Shown here piece by piece: positions 1-9,678 of a stretch of DNA of 64,000 nt. Made by a program: the position numbers and the translations under genes. The number at the start of each line of letters is the position of its first letter. Position 1 is the stretch's first letter. Below the pieces are notes generated by a model. The model had not been told where the DNA came from, did not search any database, and worked only from the letters and a program-made list of their open reading frames with translations. Origin of the DNA: Bacteriovoracaceae bacterium (lineage in GTDB: Bacteria; Bdellovibrionota; Bacteriovoracia; Bacteriovoracales; Bacteriovoracaceae); the NCBI GenBank assembly GCA_048270185.1, contig JBLWTJ010000002.1:32001-96000 (forward strand). Direction: 5' to 3'.

Positions 1-32
1 CCTCTTTAGAAATTTTAATCATCTCAACCTCT

Positions 33-644
33 CTACTTAAAAAAGAATAACGCTGTACCAGCCGCTTTAGCACCTTTTTTGAAAAGACCGAGTCCTAATC
101 CATGTGGTTCTGGTCTAATTTTTGTGGCAAATCCATGTTGATAACAATAGTTGTTATTAATTTTAGCCTTCACACCAATCTTTCCAATTTTCTTTTGTAG
201 AAAGGTTTTAGAGGCGCCATTTGGATACTGAATTTGATCCCAATATTTAACAAGCGGCATGAGCTGATAAATATCTAGTTGAAATTCCTTATGTGAATAA
301 GACAGCTCTCGGTAGAAGCATCTCATGACTTTAACTGACTCAATATTTCCATCTGCTACATCACTTGTATAAAGATTCTCTAGTGCAGGAACGACTTTAT
401 TTAAACTTTCTTTGATTACTTTTTTTGCTTCAGGAGAAATCTGCATTGTACTAGAGACTTCAATTAGTTTATCCATTGGTTCTTTTGCGTAATCAGCAAG
501 GCCATCGTCATTTTGATCTACAAAAATTTCTTTTGATAATAGTTGTGAATCAACATATTCTTTATATTGCCCATATCCAATTGCACCAGCTACGACAATA
601 AAGACCAGTGCACCAAAAGTTATAAGTATATTCTTCGTATTCAT
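33..644 (-). CDS. Hypothetical membrane-anchored protein
   Basis: 203-aa ORF with an N-terminal TM helix, a DQNDDG (DxDxDG-like) loop and an SD-like GAGGGAG upstream. Confidence 0.7.
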   Translation of the reverse strand: MNTKNILITFGALVFIVVAGAIGYGQYKEYVDSQLLSKEIFVDQNDDGLADYAKEPMDKLIEVSSTMQISPEAKKVIKESLNKVVPALENLYTSDVADGNIESVKVMRCFYRELSYSHKEFQLDIYQLMPLVKYWDQIQYPNGASKTFLQKKIGKIGVKAKINNNYCYQHGFATKIRPEPHGLGLGLFKKGAKAAGTALFFFK

Positions 645-860
645 GAGACTCCCTCGACTATATTTGATAAAGACTATTCGACATGAGGGGCTAAAAACAT
701 GAACAATTTCAAGAACTTAAGAATTAATGAATATTACTAATCTAAGTAGCTAAAAATAAAGGTTCCTATAATCTTTTCGGAGTGAAGAAAACGACCACAA
801 CAAAGCCTTCTATAAATTATGCGAGTATATGCAGCCAAATTATCATCAGGTTGAATTTGA

Positions 861-899
861 TCTTCGCCTCTATCTCGTTTTACTTGATCAAGGCGAAGA
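861..899 (-). terminator. Stem-loop downstream of the RND gene
   Basis: Inverted repeat TCTTCGCCT (861-869) / AGGCGAAGA (891-899) just after the stop codon; long loop and no clear U-tract. Confidence 0.35.
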
Positions 900-908
900 C
901 CTGTATTC

Positions 909-3900
909 TTAAACTTCTTCTAAAATCTTTCTTCTTTCTCTAGCGATTAGAGAATAGAAACATGGAACAACAACTAGAGTAAAAATTGTCGAAAGGAAAA
1001 CCCCTCCAATGATGACAAGGGCCATTGGTCTTCTTGTTTCTGAACCTGCTCCAACGATAACTGCTGCCGGAACGGCCGAAGCAAGAGTCGTAAAAGTTGT
1101 CATGATAATTGGTCTAAAACGCGTTTCACAAGCCTCTAAAATTGCATCTTTCAAATCTTTACCCTCATCGCGTAATTGATTTGAAAATTCGACAATTAGA
1201 ATTGAAGTCTTCTTAACAATACCCATCGTTAAGAGAATACCAATCATTGAATAAATATTTAGGGTACTACCCGACAACCATAAAGCAATGAAAGATCCTG
1301 CAAGACCAAATGGAATAGCGAGAAAAACCGTAAATGGATCAGAGAAAGAGTTAAACTGGCTCGCTAAAACCATATAAGCAATAACAAGTCCAAGAATCAT
1401 AATGAGAAGAACACTAAAGAGTGACTCATTGAGATCTTTTGAGAACTTTAAGTAATAACCTTTTGGTAGAACTTTTGCTCCAAGATCTTTGATATAATCA
1501 ATGGCCTTACTTTGAGCAACTCCCGTATTTAAATTAGCATCGACTCGTACACCTCTTGATCTATTTTCACGGTAGATTGTTTGAGGACCAAAGGCATCTT
1601 CAATCTTTACAACTTCATCAAGAGTAACAAATTCACCACGATTATTTTGTAGAAGAAGCTCAGAGATATTCTCTCTGGTACGATCTTCCTCTGCAAGCTG
1701 GACGAAAACATCGTAACGGCGCCCGCCTTCAGTATATTTTGTTGCGCTAGAGCCAGCAACACCTACGTTTAGGGCCTCAGCAATTGTTCTTACCTCTACA
1801 CCACGTTGTTGTGCCTTAAGACGATCAGGTAGAACGTGTACTTCTGGAAGTTGTCCTATGTCATCAGAACGAATTCCAACCATTAATTTAGACTCTCGCA
1901 TCCCCTTTTCTAGCTCTTCATATAATTGAGCTTGTATAGCAGCATCAGGACCAGTAATAGTGAATTCAATCGGACTCCCTCTTCGTCCACCAATAGCAGA
2001 GCCCATACGGTCTCGAATTATGATCTTAATTCCTTTAATAACTGAAAGTTCCTTTCTGAGCTGTGCAGCAACTTGGAATTGGTCTAGCTTCCTTTCATCT
2101 CGGTCTTTAAGAATTAAAACACCAAAACCTCTATTTCCAGAAGAAGCACCACGCCCTCCACCAACTGCAACAATCATTCTTTGAATATTTTCGTTCTTAG
2201 CAACGATAGCTTCGTACTCTTTCACTTTTTCGTTAGTGTAATCTAAACTTTTTCCATCTGGAGCAATGAAGATAACAAACATGAAACTACGGTCTGATTC
2301 TGGTGCAAATTCTTTATCGATTCGATTAAGAGACAAGAAAGAAACAAAAATTAAAACAGTCGAAACAAGAAGAACCTTTAGACGATGACCTAGAGCAAAA
2401 GTCAGGATTCCCATATAAATCTTATTTCCAAAATCGACAGCACGATCAACCCAGCGATGTACGAAGATTCCCTGTGAAGTAACATTTAAAAATTGTGAAC
2501 ATCTCATTGGAGCAAGTGTCAGTGCTTCAAGTGAAGAGAGCGAAACCGCAATACAGATCGTCAGAGCAAACTCTTTAAAGAAGCGCCCTTCAATCCCAGG
2601 CATTAAAGTAATCGGCGCAAAGATCGCAATAAGAACGGCCGTCGTTGCAAGAACTGCGAAAGCAATCTCCTTACTTCCTTTAAAAGAAGCTTGGACTTTA
2701 TCGTGCCCCATCTTGGCGTAGCGGACAATATTTTCCAGCATTACAATAGCGTCATCAACAACAATCCCGATAGCAAGCGTTAGACCTAAGAGAGAGAATG
2801 TATTAAGAGAGAATCCCATTAAGTACATAAAAGAAAATGTACCGATGATTGCTGTTGGAATGGCCAAGAGAATATTAACAGTTGCTGACATCGAGTTTAG
2901 AAATAGCCAACAAACTAATGATGTTAGAACAACTGATAAGACAAGGTTTTGCAAAAGCTCATCAATTGATAAACGAATAAATGAAGTTCGATCAAAGTTT
3001 ACTGAAAGTGAAGTACCTTCAGGTAGGTTTTGTGAAATTTCTTTTACACGGGCCTTAACTCGATCAGCAACATCGACAGCATTTACTCCTCTTTGCTTAT
3101 AAATAGGCATTGAAAGAGATGGCTTTTGATTTACACGAGAAATACGAGTACGGTTTTCAACGCCAGCGTAAATATTTGCAACTTCTGATAGTCTAATTGG
3201 TACGTAATTGGCACGACCTCCACGACGACTAATAATCATGTTCTTAAAGTCTTCAACGGTGTGACCTTCACCTAGAACTCTTAAACTCTTCTCATCATTA
3301 ATTGTTTCAAACTTTCCTGCCGGAAGCTCCACACTCTCTCTTTGAAGAGTTTGTACGATATCAGAAAGAGTAAGTTGATAGGCTTCAAGCTTGTCAGCGA
3401 TAACATCAATTCTCATCATTGGGTCACGTGCTCCAAAGGCACGAACTTCAGATACTCCTTCAACAGTAGTAATCTGATCAATTACTCCATCTTTAAATAG
3501 AATATTAAGCTCTCTTTCAGAAAGAGTATCTGAAACGAGAGCAAGATATAAAATAGGATCATCTGCAGCATTAGACTTGGTAACAGTTGGTGTCTCAACA
3601 ACATCAGGTAGTTGTCTTTGAGCTCGTCCAAGTAGTGTTTGTACTTCTTGAAGAGCAAAGTCGATATCTTTATCAAGAGTGAACTCTAAGTTGATACGCC
3701 CTTGCCCACGGCCAGCAGTTGATGTCATATCTTTAATCCCTTGCATCGAAACAAGTATTGACTCTGCTGGTTCAAGAACATCTTTTTCTACAACTTCAGG
3801 TGTGGCACCCTCATATTCGTATGCGATTGATATTGACGGGTAATCAACATCAGGGTTTTCATTAATACCTAACTCTCTAAATCCAAGAATTCCAAAGAGA

Positions 3901-3965
3901 ATTAGAGAAAACATTAACATCCATGCGAAAACAGGATTCTTTATCGATAATGATGATAAACTCAT
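909..3965 (-). CDS. RND efflux permease, AcrB/AcrD/AcrF family
   Basis: 1018 aa with motifs PDVDYP, AIGIVVDDAIVMLEN, GIVKK and RFRPIIMTT. Confidence 0.95.
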   Translation of the reverse strand: MSLSSLSIKNPVFAWMLMFSLILFGILGFRELGINENPDVDYPSISIAYEYEGATPEVVEKDVLEPAESILVSMQGIKDMTSTAGRGQGRINLEFTLDKDIDFALQEVQTLLGRAQRQLPDVVETPTVTKSNAADDPILYLALVSDTLSERELNILFKDGVIDQITTVEGVSEVRAFGARDPMMRIDVIADKLEAYQLTLSDIVQTLQRESVELPAGKFETINDEKSLRVLGEGHTVEDFKNMIISRRGGRANYVPIRLSEVANIYAGVENRTRISRVNQKPSLSMPIYKQRGVNAVDVADRVKARVKEISQNLPEGTSLSVNFDRTSFIRLSIDELLQNLVLSVVLTSLVCWLFLNSMSATVNILLAIPTAIIGTFSFMYLMGFSLNTFSLLGLTLAIGIVVDDAIVMLENIVRYAKMGHDKVQASFKGSKEIAFAVLATTAVLIAIFAPITLMPGIEGRFFKEFALTICIAVSLSSLEALTLAPMRCSQFLNVTSQGIFVHRWVDRAVDFGNKIYMGILTFALGHRLKVLLVSTVLIFVSFLSLNRIDKEFAPESDRSFMFVIFIAPDGKSLDYTNEKVKEYEAIVAKNENIQRMIVAVGGGRGASSGNRGFGVLILKDRDERKLDQFQVAAQLRKELSVIKGIKIIIRDRMGSAIGGRRGSPIEFTITGPDAAIQAQLYEELEKGMRESKLMVGIRSDDIGQLPEVHVLPDRLKAQQRGVEVRTIAEALNVGVAGSSATKYTEGGRRYDVFVQLAEEDRTRENISELLLQNNRGEFVTLDEVVKIEDAFGPQTIYRENRSRGVRVDANLNTGVAQSKAIDYIKDLGAKVLPKGYYLKFSKDLNESLFSVLLIMILGLVIAYMVLASQFNSFSDPFTVFLAIPFGLAGSFIALWLSGSTLNIYSMIGILLTMGIVKKTSILIVEFSNQLRDEGKDLKDAILEACETRFRPIIMTTFTTLASAVPAAVIVGAGSETRRPMALVIIGGVFLSTIFTLVVVPCFYSLIARERRKILEEV

Positions 3966-3976
3966 ATTTAACCTTC

Positions 3977-5209
3977 TTAATTTTTAGGAATATTACCTAA
4001 GTAAGCATTAGCTTGATAATATAAAGACTTAACTTCTAAGGCCGACCTAATAGCTAATTTTTCTAAATCAATTACGTCATCAAGTGATCTAATAACCTCA
4101 ATTTGTGTTACTAAGCCTTTATTTAAGTCTTTCAATTGTTCTCGATAAGATGCTCGACTACGATAAAGTGCCTTTCTAAGGGTTATTAATTCATTCTTCT
4201 TATAATCAAAGTTTTTTACAAAAGCCGCCCAGCGATTCACTGTATTTCTTCGATTGAAGTCAATCTGGGCCTTATTAATTTGAGTAACAATATTCTTACT
4301 TGCAACTCTTGATTTTCTCTCACCAAAATCGAGGAGATTCATCGTGACATTTAAACTCACACCCCAATCTCGCTCACCGATAGGATTTTTATCAATATTA
4401 TAGCTAGCGCTTAAGTCAACTTGTGGATAGTAATTAGCTTTTTCAATCTTGGCCTCTGCTATAGAAGCTTCATAATCATACTTTAGACTCTTAAGCTCTG
4501 GTGTATTTTCAAGATCAACATTCATCGACAGTCTTAACTTTAATGGATCAACGCTATCCTTAACTTCTTCAATATAATCAAGGCCAGAGAAGTTAATAAG
4601 ATCAGTCATGGCCGTTTTAACTTGGGCCTTACTCTGAACAAGACCTGCCTCGAGGCGGTGGAGTTGCGATTCGAGTGCATATAAATCAGCTTTTCGATCA
4701 CGGCCAATTTTTGTTCGACTTCTTACAATACGAACCCTCTTGCGCAGGTTTTCAAGTAAGGCTTCGACTCTTTCTTTTTCCTCAATAGCCGAAGACATTT
4801 GAAAAAAGAGTGATGTAAATTGAGAGTAATACTCTGCGAGACTCTTATCTGTTAATGCTTCTGCTTGCTTTGGTACAATCTTATTGTAATCGTATAGCGC
4901 GAACTCGGCTCCTCCTTGAAAGAGCTTTTGTCGTAATGAAAGAAAAACTTCTGAATCGACTTCTTTATTTTGATTCGTAACAGAACTTGGATACTCATCT
5001 TTATAAGTATTAGTATTCGTAATATCTAAACTTGGGTACAAAGTTGATTCAACAGTTTCAAGATCTGAGACTGTTTTCTTTTGTGTTAAATTAAAGACTT
5101 CAACTTGTTTCGATTTCTTTAAAGATTTTAAGTAAAGCTCCTCAACAGAAGCAATAGTTAAACCTGGAGTTAATATAATAAATAATAGACCTACTTTAAA
5201 ATAATTCAA
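3977..5209 (-). CDS. TolC-family outer membrane efflux protein
   Basis: Signal peptide, duplicated YPxLD/YPQVD motifs, coiled-coil character, position in the RND operon. Confidence 0.85.
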   Translation of the reverse strand: MNYFKVGLLFIILTPGLTIASVEELYLKSLKKSKQVEVFNLTQKKTVSDLETVESTLYPSLDITNTNTYKDEYPSSVTNQNKEVDSEVFLSLRQKLFQGGAEFALYDYNKIVPKQAEALTDKSLAEYYSQFTSLFFQMSSAIEEKERVEALLENLRKRVRIVRSRTKIGRDRKADLYALESQLHRLEAGLVQSKAQVKTAMTDLINFSGLDYIEEVKDSVDPLKLRLSMNVDLENTPELKSLKYDYEASIAEAKIEKANYYPQVDLSASYNIDKNPIGERDWGVSLNVTMNLLDFGERKSRVASKNIVTQINKAQIDFNRRNTVNRWAAFVKNFDYKKNELITLRKALYRSRASYREQLKDLNKGLVTQIEVIRSLDDVIDLEKLAIRSALEVKSLYYQANAYLGNIPKN

Positions 5210-5598
5210 GAATTGCTCTCCTGTAAGTTTTGAACAAAGTTATCTAAAGTCGAAAGAGCACTCATTAATTTCTTAACTTCACTTGAACTCAGATGCTCTA
5301 ATTTCTCTAGAAAATGAAGGCTTGCTCCTGCTTGAACTTTCTCAAACTTCTTCTTACCCTTTTGTGTAATTTTTAGATGTGTTATTCTACGATCTCTATC
5401 GCAGACCTCTCGTGTAAGATACTTATCATTAACTAATGTATCCACAAGTTTAGAAGCCGCTGGACTTGAGACACAAGTCAATTCAGCTAAGTCGCTAACA
5501 GAACATATGCCCTTACTCACCCTTGAAAGAATACGATACTTTGAAAAGCTAAGCTCTGCTTCACTTTCTTGTTTGATATAAGATCTTATGATTCCCAT
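5206..5598 (-). CDS. MarR-family transcriptional regulator (true start probably near 5650)
   Basis: wHTH signature SVSDLAELTCVSSPAASKLVDTLV...DRDRRITHLKITQKGK; overlaps the tolC start. Confidence 0.9.
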   Translation of the reverse strand: MGIIRSYIKQESEAELSFSKYRILSRVSKGICSVSDLAELTCVSSPAASKLVDTLVNDKYLTREVCDRDRRITHLKITQKGKKKFEKVQAGASLHFLEKLEHLSSSEVKKLMSALSTLDNFVQNLQESNS

Positions 5599-5652
5599 GG
5601 TGGCAGGAATGACTTCAATGAACTTAAGAGATAATGAATCTTTGATAATACA

Positions 5653-5679
5653 TAACCTTGTTAATATTTAACTTTGTTA
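5653..5679. promoter_or_regulatory. Tandem putative MarR operators (TAAC-N3-GTTA, two copies)
   Basis: TAACCTTGTTA at 5653-5663 and TAACTTTGTTA at 5669-5679, directly upstream of marR. Confidence 0.55.
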
Positions 5680-5735
5680 CATATTTTACAAATTTATTTT
5701 TACATTTCAAATCGAATTCGTATGACGCAATTGTC

Positions 5736-6629
5736 TTATTTAACTAACCTAACTAAATACTCTAGCCCACCAATAATTGCCGCAACTTGGGCCTTCACAC
5801 AATCTTCATCATTCACTTTAGGACTGTCTGGATAAACTTCCGTTGTTGTACAAAACCTTGCCTTAGAAAAAGAAGCGCATAGATTGAGTTTTTTTAATGG
5901 ATAGTTAATGACACCCTCTTGCTCGATTGGCTCGCCTATTATTTTGCTATTCTCATCGGCAGGCGCAATATATGTAACGCTTCTCACGGATTCAATAATC
6001 GCTTGTTGAAATTCAGGTGTAGGATTTTCACTATCACCCACTAAGTAGAAACCATCGGGAATATCCCAAACATCTTGAGCGATACCGTCGCGTTTTTCAA
6101 GGGCCGGTCGAAAAACCGTGTTATCTGTATCTGTCGTTTCGTGTAGATCAAAGTGTGCAAAGATATCGACGCCTATATCTGCAATGGCCTGCATAACTTG
6201 ATTACATTCTTCGGCCGGGCCATCTTGAACAAATGAACGATTTGGGTCTAAGGCCAGCGGATTCCAGCGATTAATGGTTTCATAACCCCATGGACTAATA
6301 CAAGGTGTGACGATGAAATTAAATTGCTCTGTATAATTTAGGGCCTCTATATCTAAGAAACTAAGTGCACCATGAACACCACTTATCTCATAGCCATGCA
6401 CTCCCCCTGTCACGAGAATCGTCTTCTTTGAAGAATCAAAGTTCTTAGTCTTAATAATGAAAAGAGGATATTTTTCAACATCATAAGAGAGAGCACCATA
6501 CTGAGTGACTTCAAAGCGATCTCTAAGAGCATCGATTTTTGTCACAACTTCATCTAAGTATGATCGTTTGATTTCTTGTTCGTTTCGCCAATTGACTTTA
6601 TCGGCTTCGGTCCATGGGGTCTTTTGCAT
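5736..6629 (-). CDS. M14-family metallocarboxypeptidase (AstE/AspA-like)
   Basis: GGVHGYE, DPNRSF and DLHET zinc-binding motifs; catalytic TTEVYP. Confidence 0.9.
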   Translation of the reverse strand: MQKTPWTEADKVNWRNEQEIKRSYLDEVVTKIDALRDRFEVTQYGALSYDVEKYPLFIIKTKNFDSSKKTILVTGGVHGYEISGVHGALSFLDIEALNYTEQFNFIVTPCISPWGYETINRWNPLALDPNRSFVQDGPAEECNQVMQAIADIGVDIFAHFDLHETTDTDNTVFRPALEKRDGIAQDVWDIPDGFYLVGDSENPTPEFQQAIIESVRSVTYIAPADENSKIIGEPIEQEGVINYPLKKLNLCASFSKARFCTTTEVYPDSPKVNDEDCVKAQVAAIIGGLEYLVRLVK

Positions 6630-6675
6630 AGAAGTATATTAACATAAGAGAGTTTACACACAAAGTCCGTAGAGG

Positions 6676-7749
6676 TCATGAAGTGAAAATACAAAGATTC
6701 CCATTATCTATTTCAAGCGGTGCTTCCCAATCAGATGTCGCCAGCGTATCGCGGAACCACTTCTTTGCATTCCCCTTTGTCACGACAGTTACTTTCTTTC
6801 TTCTGCTTATGTTGAGAATTTGAGAAGTCATTAATTTATAAGTTGATTCATTAAATGGATCGTAGAGATAGAAGATATCGGCTTCAGGAAGAGAGAATGT
6901 CTCTTCAGATAAGTCTTGTACTTTAAATTCTAGACTATCTGATAGTTCTAAGGATTCGCATGCCTCTTGGGCGATTTCTACACGATGAGGAACAAATTCA
7001 TAGCCAACAATATTTAACCTAGGCTCTAAAATTGCACTCACTAGCCCGACACGGCCATAGCCACTGCCTAGTTCCACTAGTTGATGACCTTCTTCGATAT
7101 TTAAGTGATTAAGAGCAAGTAGAATTGTCGAATATCCCGATTGAACACCAGCGCCAGAATTACTAAAGATTCGTTCATTGTGATTTTGCGATGAAGTCAT
7201 TTTCTTATCTAAGCTATAATCGAGTTTAAAGAGTTCATCGAGGCGATCAAAAATACGATAAAGCTCGACTCCTCGGGTACTTTCAGGAGTGTGGTCTTTG
7301 CGCTTTTCTTCTTCGTAAAGATAGTGAACACTCATCTCATTTAGAGCATGATTTAAGAATTCTTTCTTAAAATCAGAATCTTTTAAACTAATATATTTTA
7401 TTAATTTCTTTTCTAATGAATGACTTTTCTTCTGTATCGACTTTAACTTTCTATCACCACTATTGATTAGTACTTCGTGTAAAAAATCAAGATGTGCAAG
7501 TTCATCAGCAAAGAAAGGATTCAGCATATCTTCATATGATAGCTTAATACCATCTTTCATCGACTGTTGTTTACTAAGCCAACATTGGTCTTGAATAAAT
7601 TCAACACTACTTTGTACCAAGGCCAAATTTAAATAGATATTGGCCAGCTGAACACTTGAGATTCCATCAAAGTCAAAATTAAACTTATCGAGAGAATAAA
7701 ATTTTATAAGTAATTCTTCTGAGATATTTACTTGTAAAGGAATAACCAT
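6676..7749 (-). CDS. Class I SAM-dependent methyltransferase (DOT1-like) with N-terminal helical extension
   Basis: ELGSGYGRV motif I, GYEFV motif II, ADIFYLYDPF motif IV. Confidence 0.8.
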   Translation of the reverse strand: MVIPLQVNISEELLIKFYSLDKFNFDFDGISSVQLANIYLNLALVQSSVEFIQDQCWLSKQQSMKDGIKLSYEDMLNPFFADELAHLDFLHEVLINSGDRKLKSIQKKSHSLEKKLIKYISLKDSDFKKEFLNHALNEMSVHYLYEEEKRKDHTPESTRGVELYRIFDRLDELFKLDYSLDKKMTSSQNHNERIFSNSGAGVQSGYSTILLALNHLNIEEGHQLVELGSGYGRVGLVSAILEPRLNIVGYEFVPHRVEIAQEACESLELSDSLEFKVQDLSEETFSLPEADIFYLYDPFNESTYKLMTSQILNISRRKKVTVVTKGNAKKWFRDTLATSDWEAPLEIDNGNLCIFTS

Positions 7750-8219
7750 TAGATAATGTGACCATTTACAATCGCTCTGGCGTTACTCATTGATGTCTCA
7801 TACGTATTTGAAACTTCTTGAACGAGACTTTTCATACAACTTCGAAGCATGTCCTCATCTTGTGTATTCAAATCATCTCGATTAGCTAATTTTGCAATAG
7901 TATTCAGAATAAACTCTAGATCAAGCCTTGTAACTTCATGATTATGATAATCAAGATTGAAGTCAAACTCACTACAATTAATCTTTTTTTCGAGATTATA
8001 TAAAGCCTTCTTTAAGTCATCTTCACATATTCCGATACGAGTATCCTGTAGATGTGAGATTGAAATAAATTTAGTAATCCCTTGTTTTTCAAAATGAATT
8101 TCAAAGAAGTCGCTAACTCCATCATACATTTTGAAAATACTTTTGATTTCCCCTACCCCTAGATCAAGAGAGTAAACCTTTGTTTTATTTTCAATATAAT
8201 CTTTCAAGTCAATAATCAT
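7749..8219 (-). CDS. Divergent CarD-family transcription factor
   Basis: N-terminal VYSLDLGVGEIKSI resembles the CarD RNAP-interaction domain (VYPxHGVGxI); C-terminal EDMLRSCMKSLVQEVS resembles the CarD C-terminal helices; 156 aa. Confidence 0.6.
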   Translation of the reverse strand: MIIDLKDYIENKTKVYSLDLGVGEIKSIFKMYDGVSDFFEIHFEKQGITKFISISHLQDTRIGICEDDLKKALYNLEKKINCSEFDFNLDYHNHEVTRLDLEFILNTIAKLANRDDLNTQDEDMLRSCMKSLVQEVSNTYETSMSNARAIVNGHII

Positions 8220-8248
8220 GCTTCCTCCTTTATCGAACTAATTGTAAA

Positions 8249-8273
8249 GGCGTCTATCATTAAAGAAGACGCC
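8249..8273 (-). terminator. Intergenic hairpin between the RRM and carD-like genes
   Basis: GGCGTCT/AGACGCC inverted repeat followed by TTT on the minus strand. Confidence 0.4.
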
Positions 8274-8292
8274 CGATTGTTCAGATAAAAAA

Positions 8293-8565
8293 TTAGAAAC
8301 GATTATCTCTTGTTTTCGATCTTGTTTTGGCTTGATTAACAATAAGAGCTCTTCCCATGAATTCCTTGTCATGTAATTCAGATATTGCTCTTTGAGCATC
8401 TTCGCTACTTACCATTTCGACAAATCCGAATCCTCTGGCACGGCCAGTATCATTCTCTCTGATAACATTGATACTTGCTACTTCACCGATATTTGTGAAA
8501 AGCGCTTTAAGTTCAGAATCTTCAATACTATATGAAAGGTTTCCTACGTAGATATTTGATTTCAT
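8293..8565 (-). CDS. RRM (RNP-1) RNA-binding protein
   Basis: RNP2 IYVGNL and RNP1 RGFGFVEM; start moved to the ATG at 8565, which follows GGAGG. Confidence 0.95.
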   Translation of the reverse strand: MKSNIYVGNLSYSIEDSELKALFTNIGEVASINVIRENDTGRARGFGFVEMVSSEDAQRAISELHDKEFMGRALIVNQAKTRSKTRDNRF

Positions 8566-8798
8566 TTTTACCTCCACGGTAACTGATGAGACAAAAGTGC
8601 CTCGAGCTCGCGACATTCATGAACAAATGTGCGAGTGATATTTGATTTTTGGTCTGGAGATGTTTATATAAAACAGTGATGATGAGCTACTGGAGCTATA
8701 AAGACGTCTTCTGACCTTATAACTATACACTACAAAGTCATTAATAACAAATAATGTTATTTAACCTATGATTACACCTGCTTATCACAAGTTGTTTT

Positions 8799-9647
8799 TT
8801 AATGAATTTGAAGAAAACTCCCAAGTGCAGAAGGACAGCTCTCATTCACATGACCCGATCTAAATTGATGAACTCGATGAATAAGATTTTCAAGTGAGCC
8901 TTTTCGCTCCTGATCCAATTGAGTTAGTTTTTTAGATACTGATTCCACAAATGGCGCATCTTCTTCAAGAGCATATTCAATGGCCACTCCCATAAGAGCG
9001 AGCTTATTGCGATTCATCCACCAATCTTTATAAGTTGTCGGTAACCTAAATTCACCAATGTCAGCGACTGTCTTTTTGTAGTCTTCAACATCAGCATAGC
9101 TTTCAAAATTATTAAACCACTCTCCAAGCCAAGCGGTATTATTTTTTTGGCCTTGATAATAAAAGTCCTTGTGATCATCCACAAGAATAACTAAATCAAG
9201 ATCATCAGTTACTAGTGAAATATCTTTCTTCCACTTATGAACGAAGCGTGAATCTTCGGGAACATTTCTGCGGTTATCATAGAGATGTTGTCTCGATAAA
9301 ACTTTATAAGAGATGTCGTGAAAACTTCGGCCACTGCCATCTGAAAGTTTTAGAGTTTTTAGAAGTTCAATATTTCGCTCTTCTCCACCACCGCTAAAAA
9401 ATGAAATGGAGACATCTTCTCTATGTGATAATTTTGTGATGAGTTCTTCGGCATACGGTAGGATTCGATAATTGATGCCTTGGATATTGATGACTCTTTT
9501 TGGATTGAATGTTTCACCCGCTTCAATTTCGGCCACGATAGTGTGGTCGATATCAAAGACAATATGCTTCAGGTGTGCCTCAGACTCGGCAGGCATCCTA
9601 AAGACTTGAGAACACGAAATAAATAGTAAGAGAACTAGAAATCTCAT
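8799..9647 (-). CDS. Exported HAD-superfamily (NIF/FCP1-like) phosphatase, probable lipoprotein
   Basis: Motif I VFDIDHT, motif II FFSGG, motif IV ILVDD; lipobox-like LFISC. Confidence 0.75.
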   Translation of the reverse strand: MRFLVLLLFISCSQVFRMPAESEAHLKHIVFDIDHTIVAEIEAGETFNPKRVINIQGINYRILPYAEELITKLSHREDVSISFFSGGGEERNIELLKTLKLSDGSGRSFHDISYKVLSRQHLYDNRRNVPEDSRFVHKWKKDISLVTDDLDLVILVDDHKDFYYQGQKNNTAWLGEWFNNFESYADVEDYKKTVADIGEFRLPTTYKDWWMNRNKLALMGVAIEYALEEDAPFVESVSKKLTQLDQERKGSLENLIHRVHQFRSGHVNESCPSALGSFLQIH

Positions 9648-9678
9648 CACTATCTTATCGACCGATTTTATTTATTAC

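Noticed and set aside
8566..8616. Longer N-termini given by the ORF track for the RRM gene (and similarly lysR, hupE, 34378, 47191 and the ric-like gene)
   Set aside because: Downstream ATGs have better SD or promoter context and match the domain boundaries.
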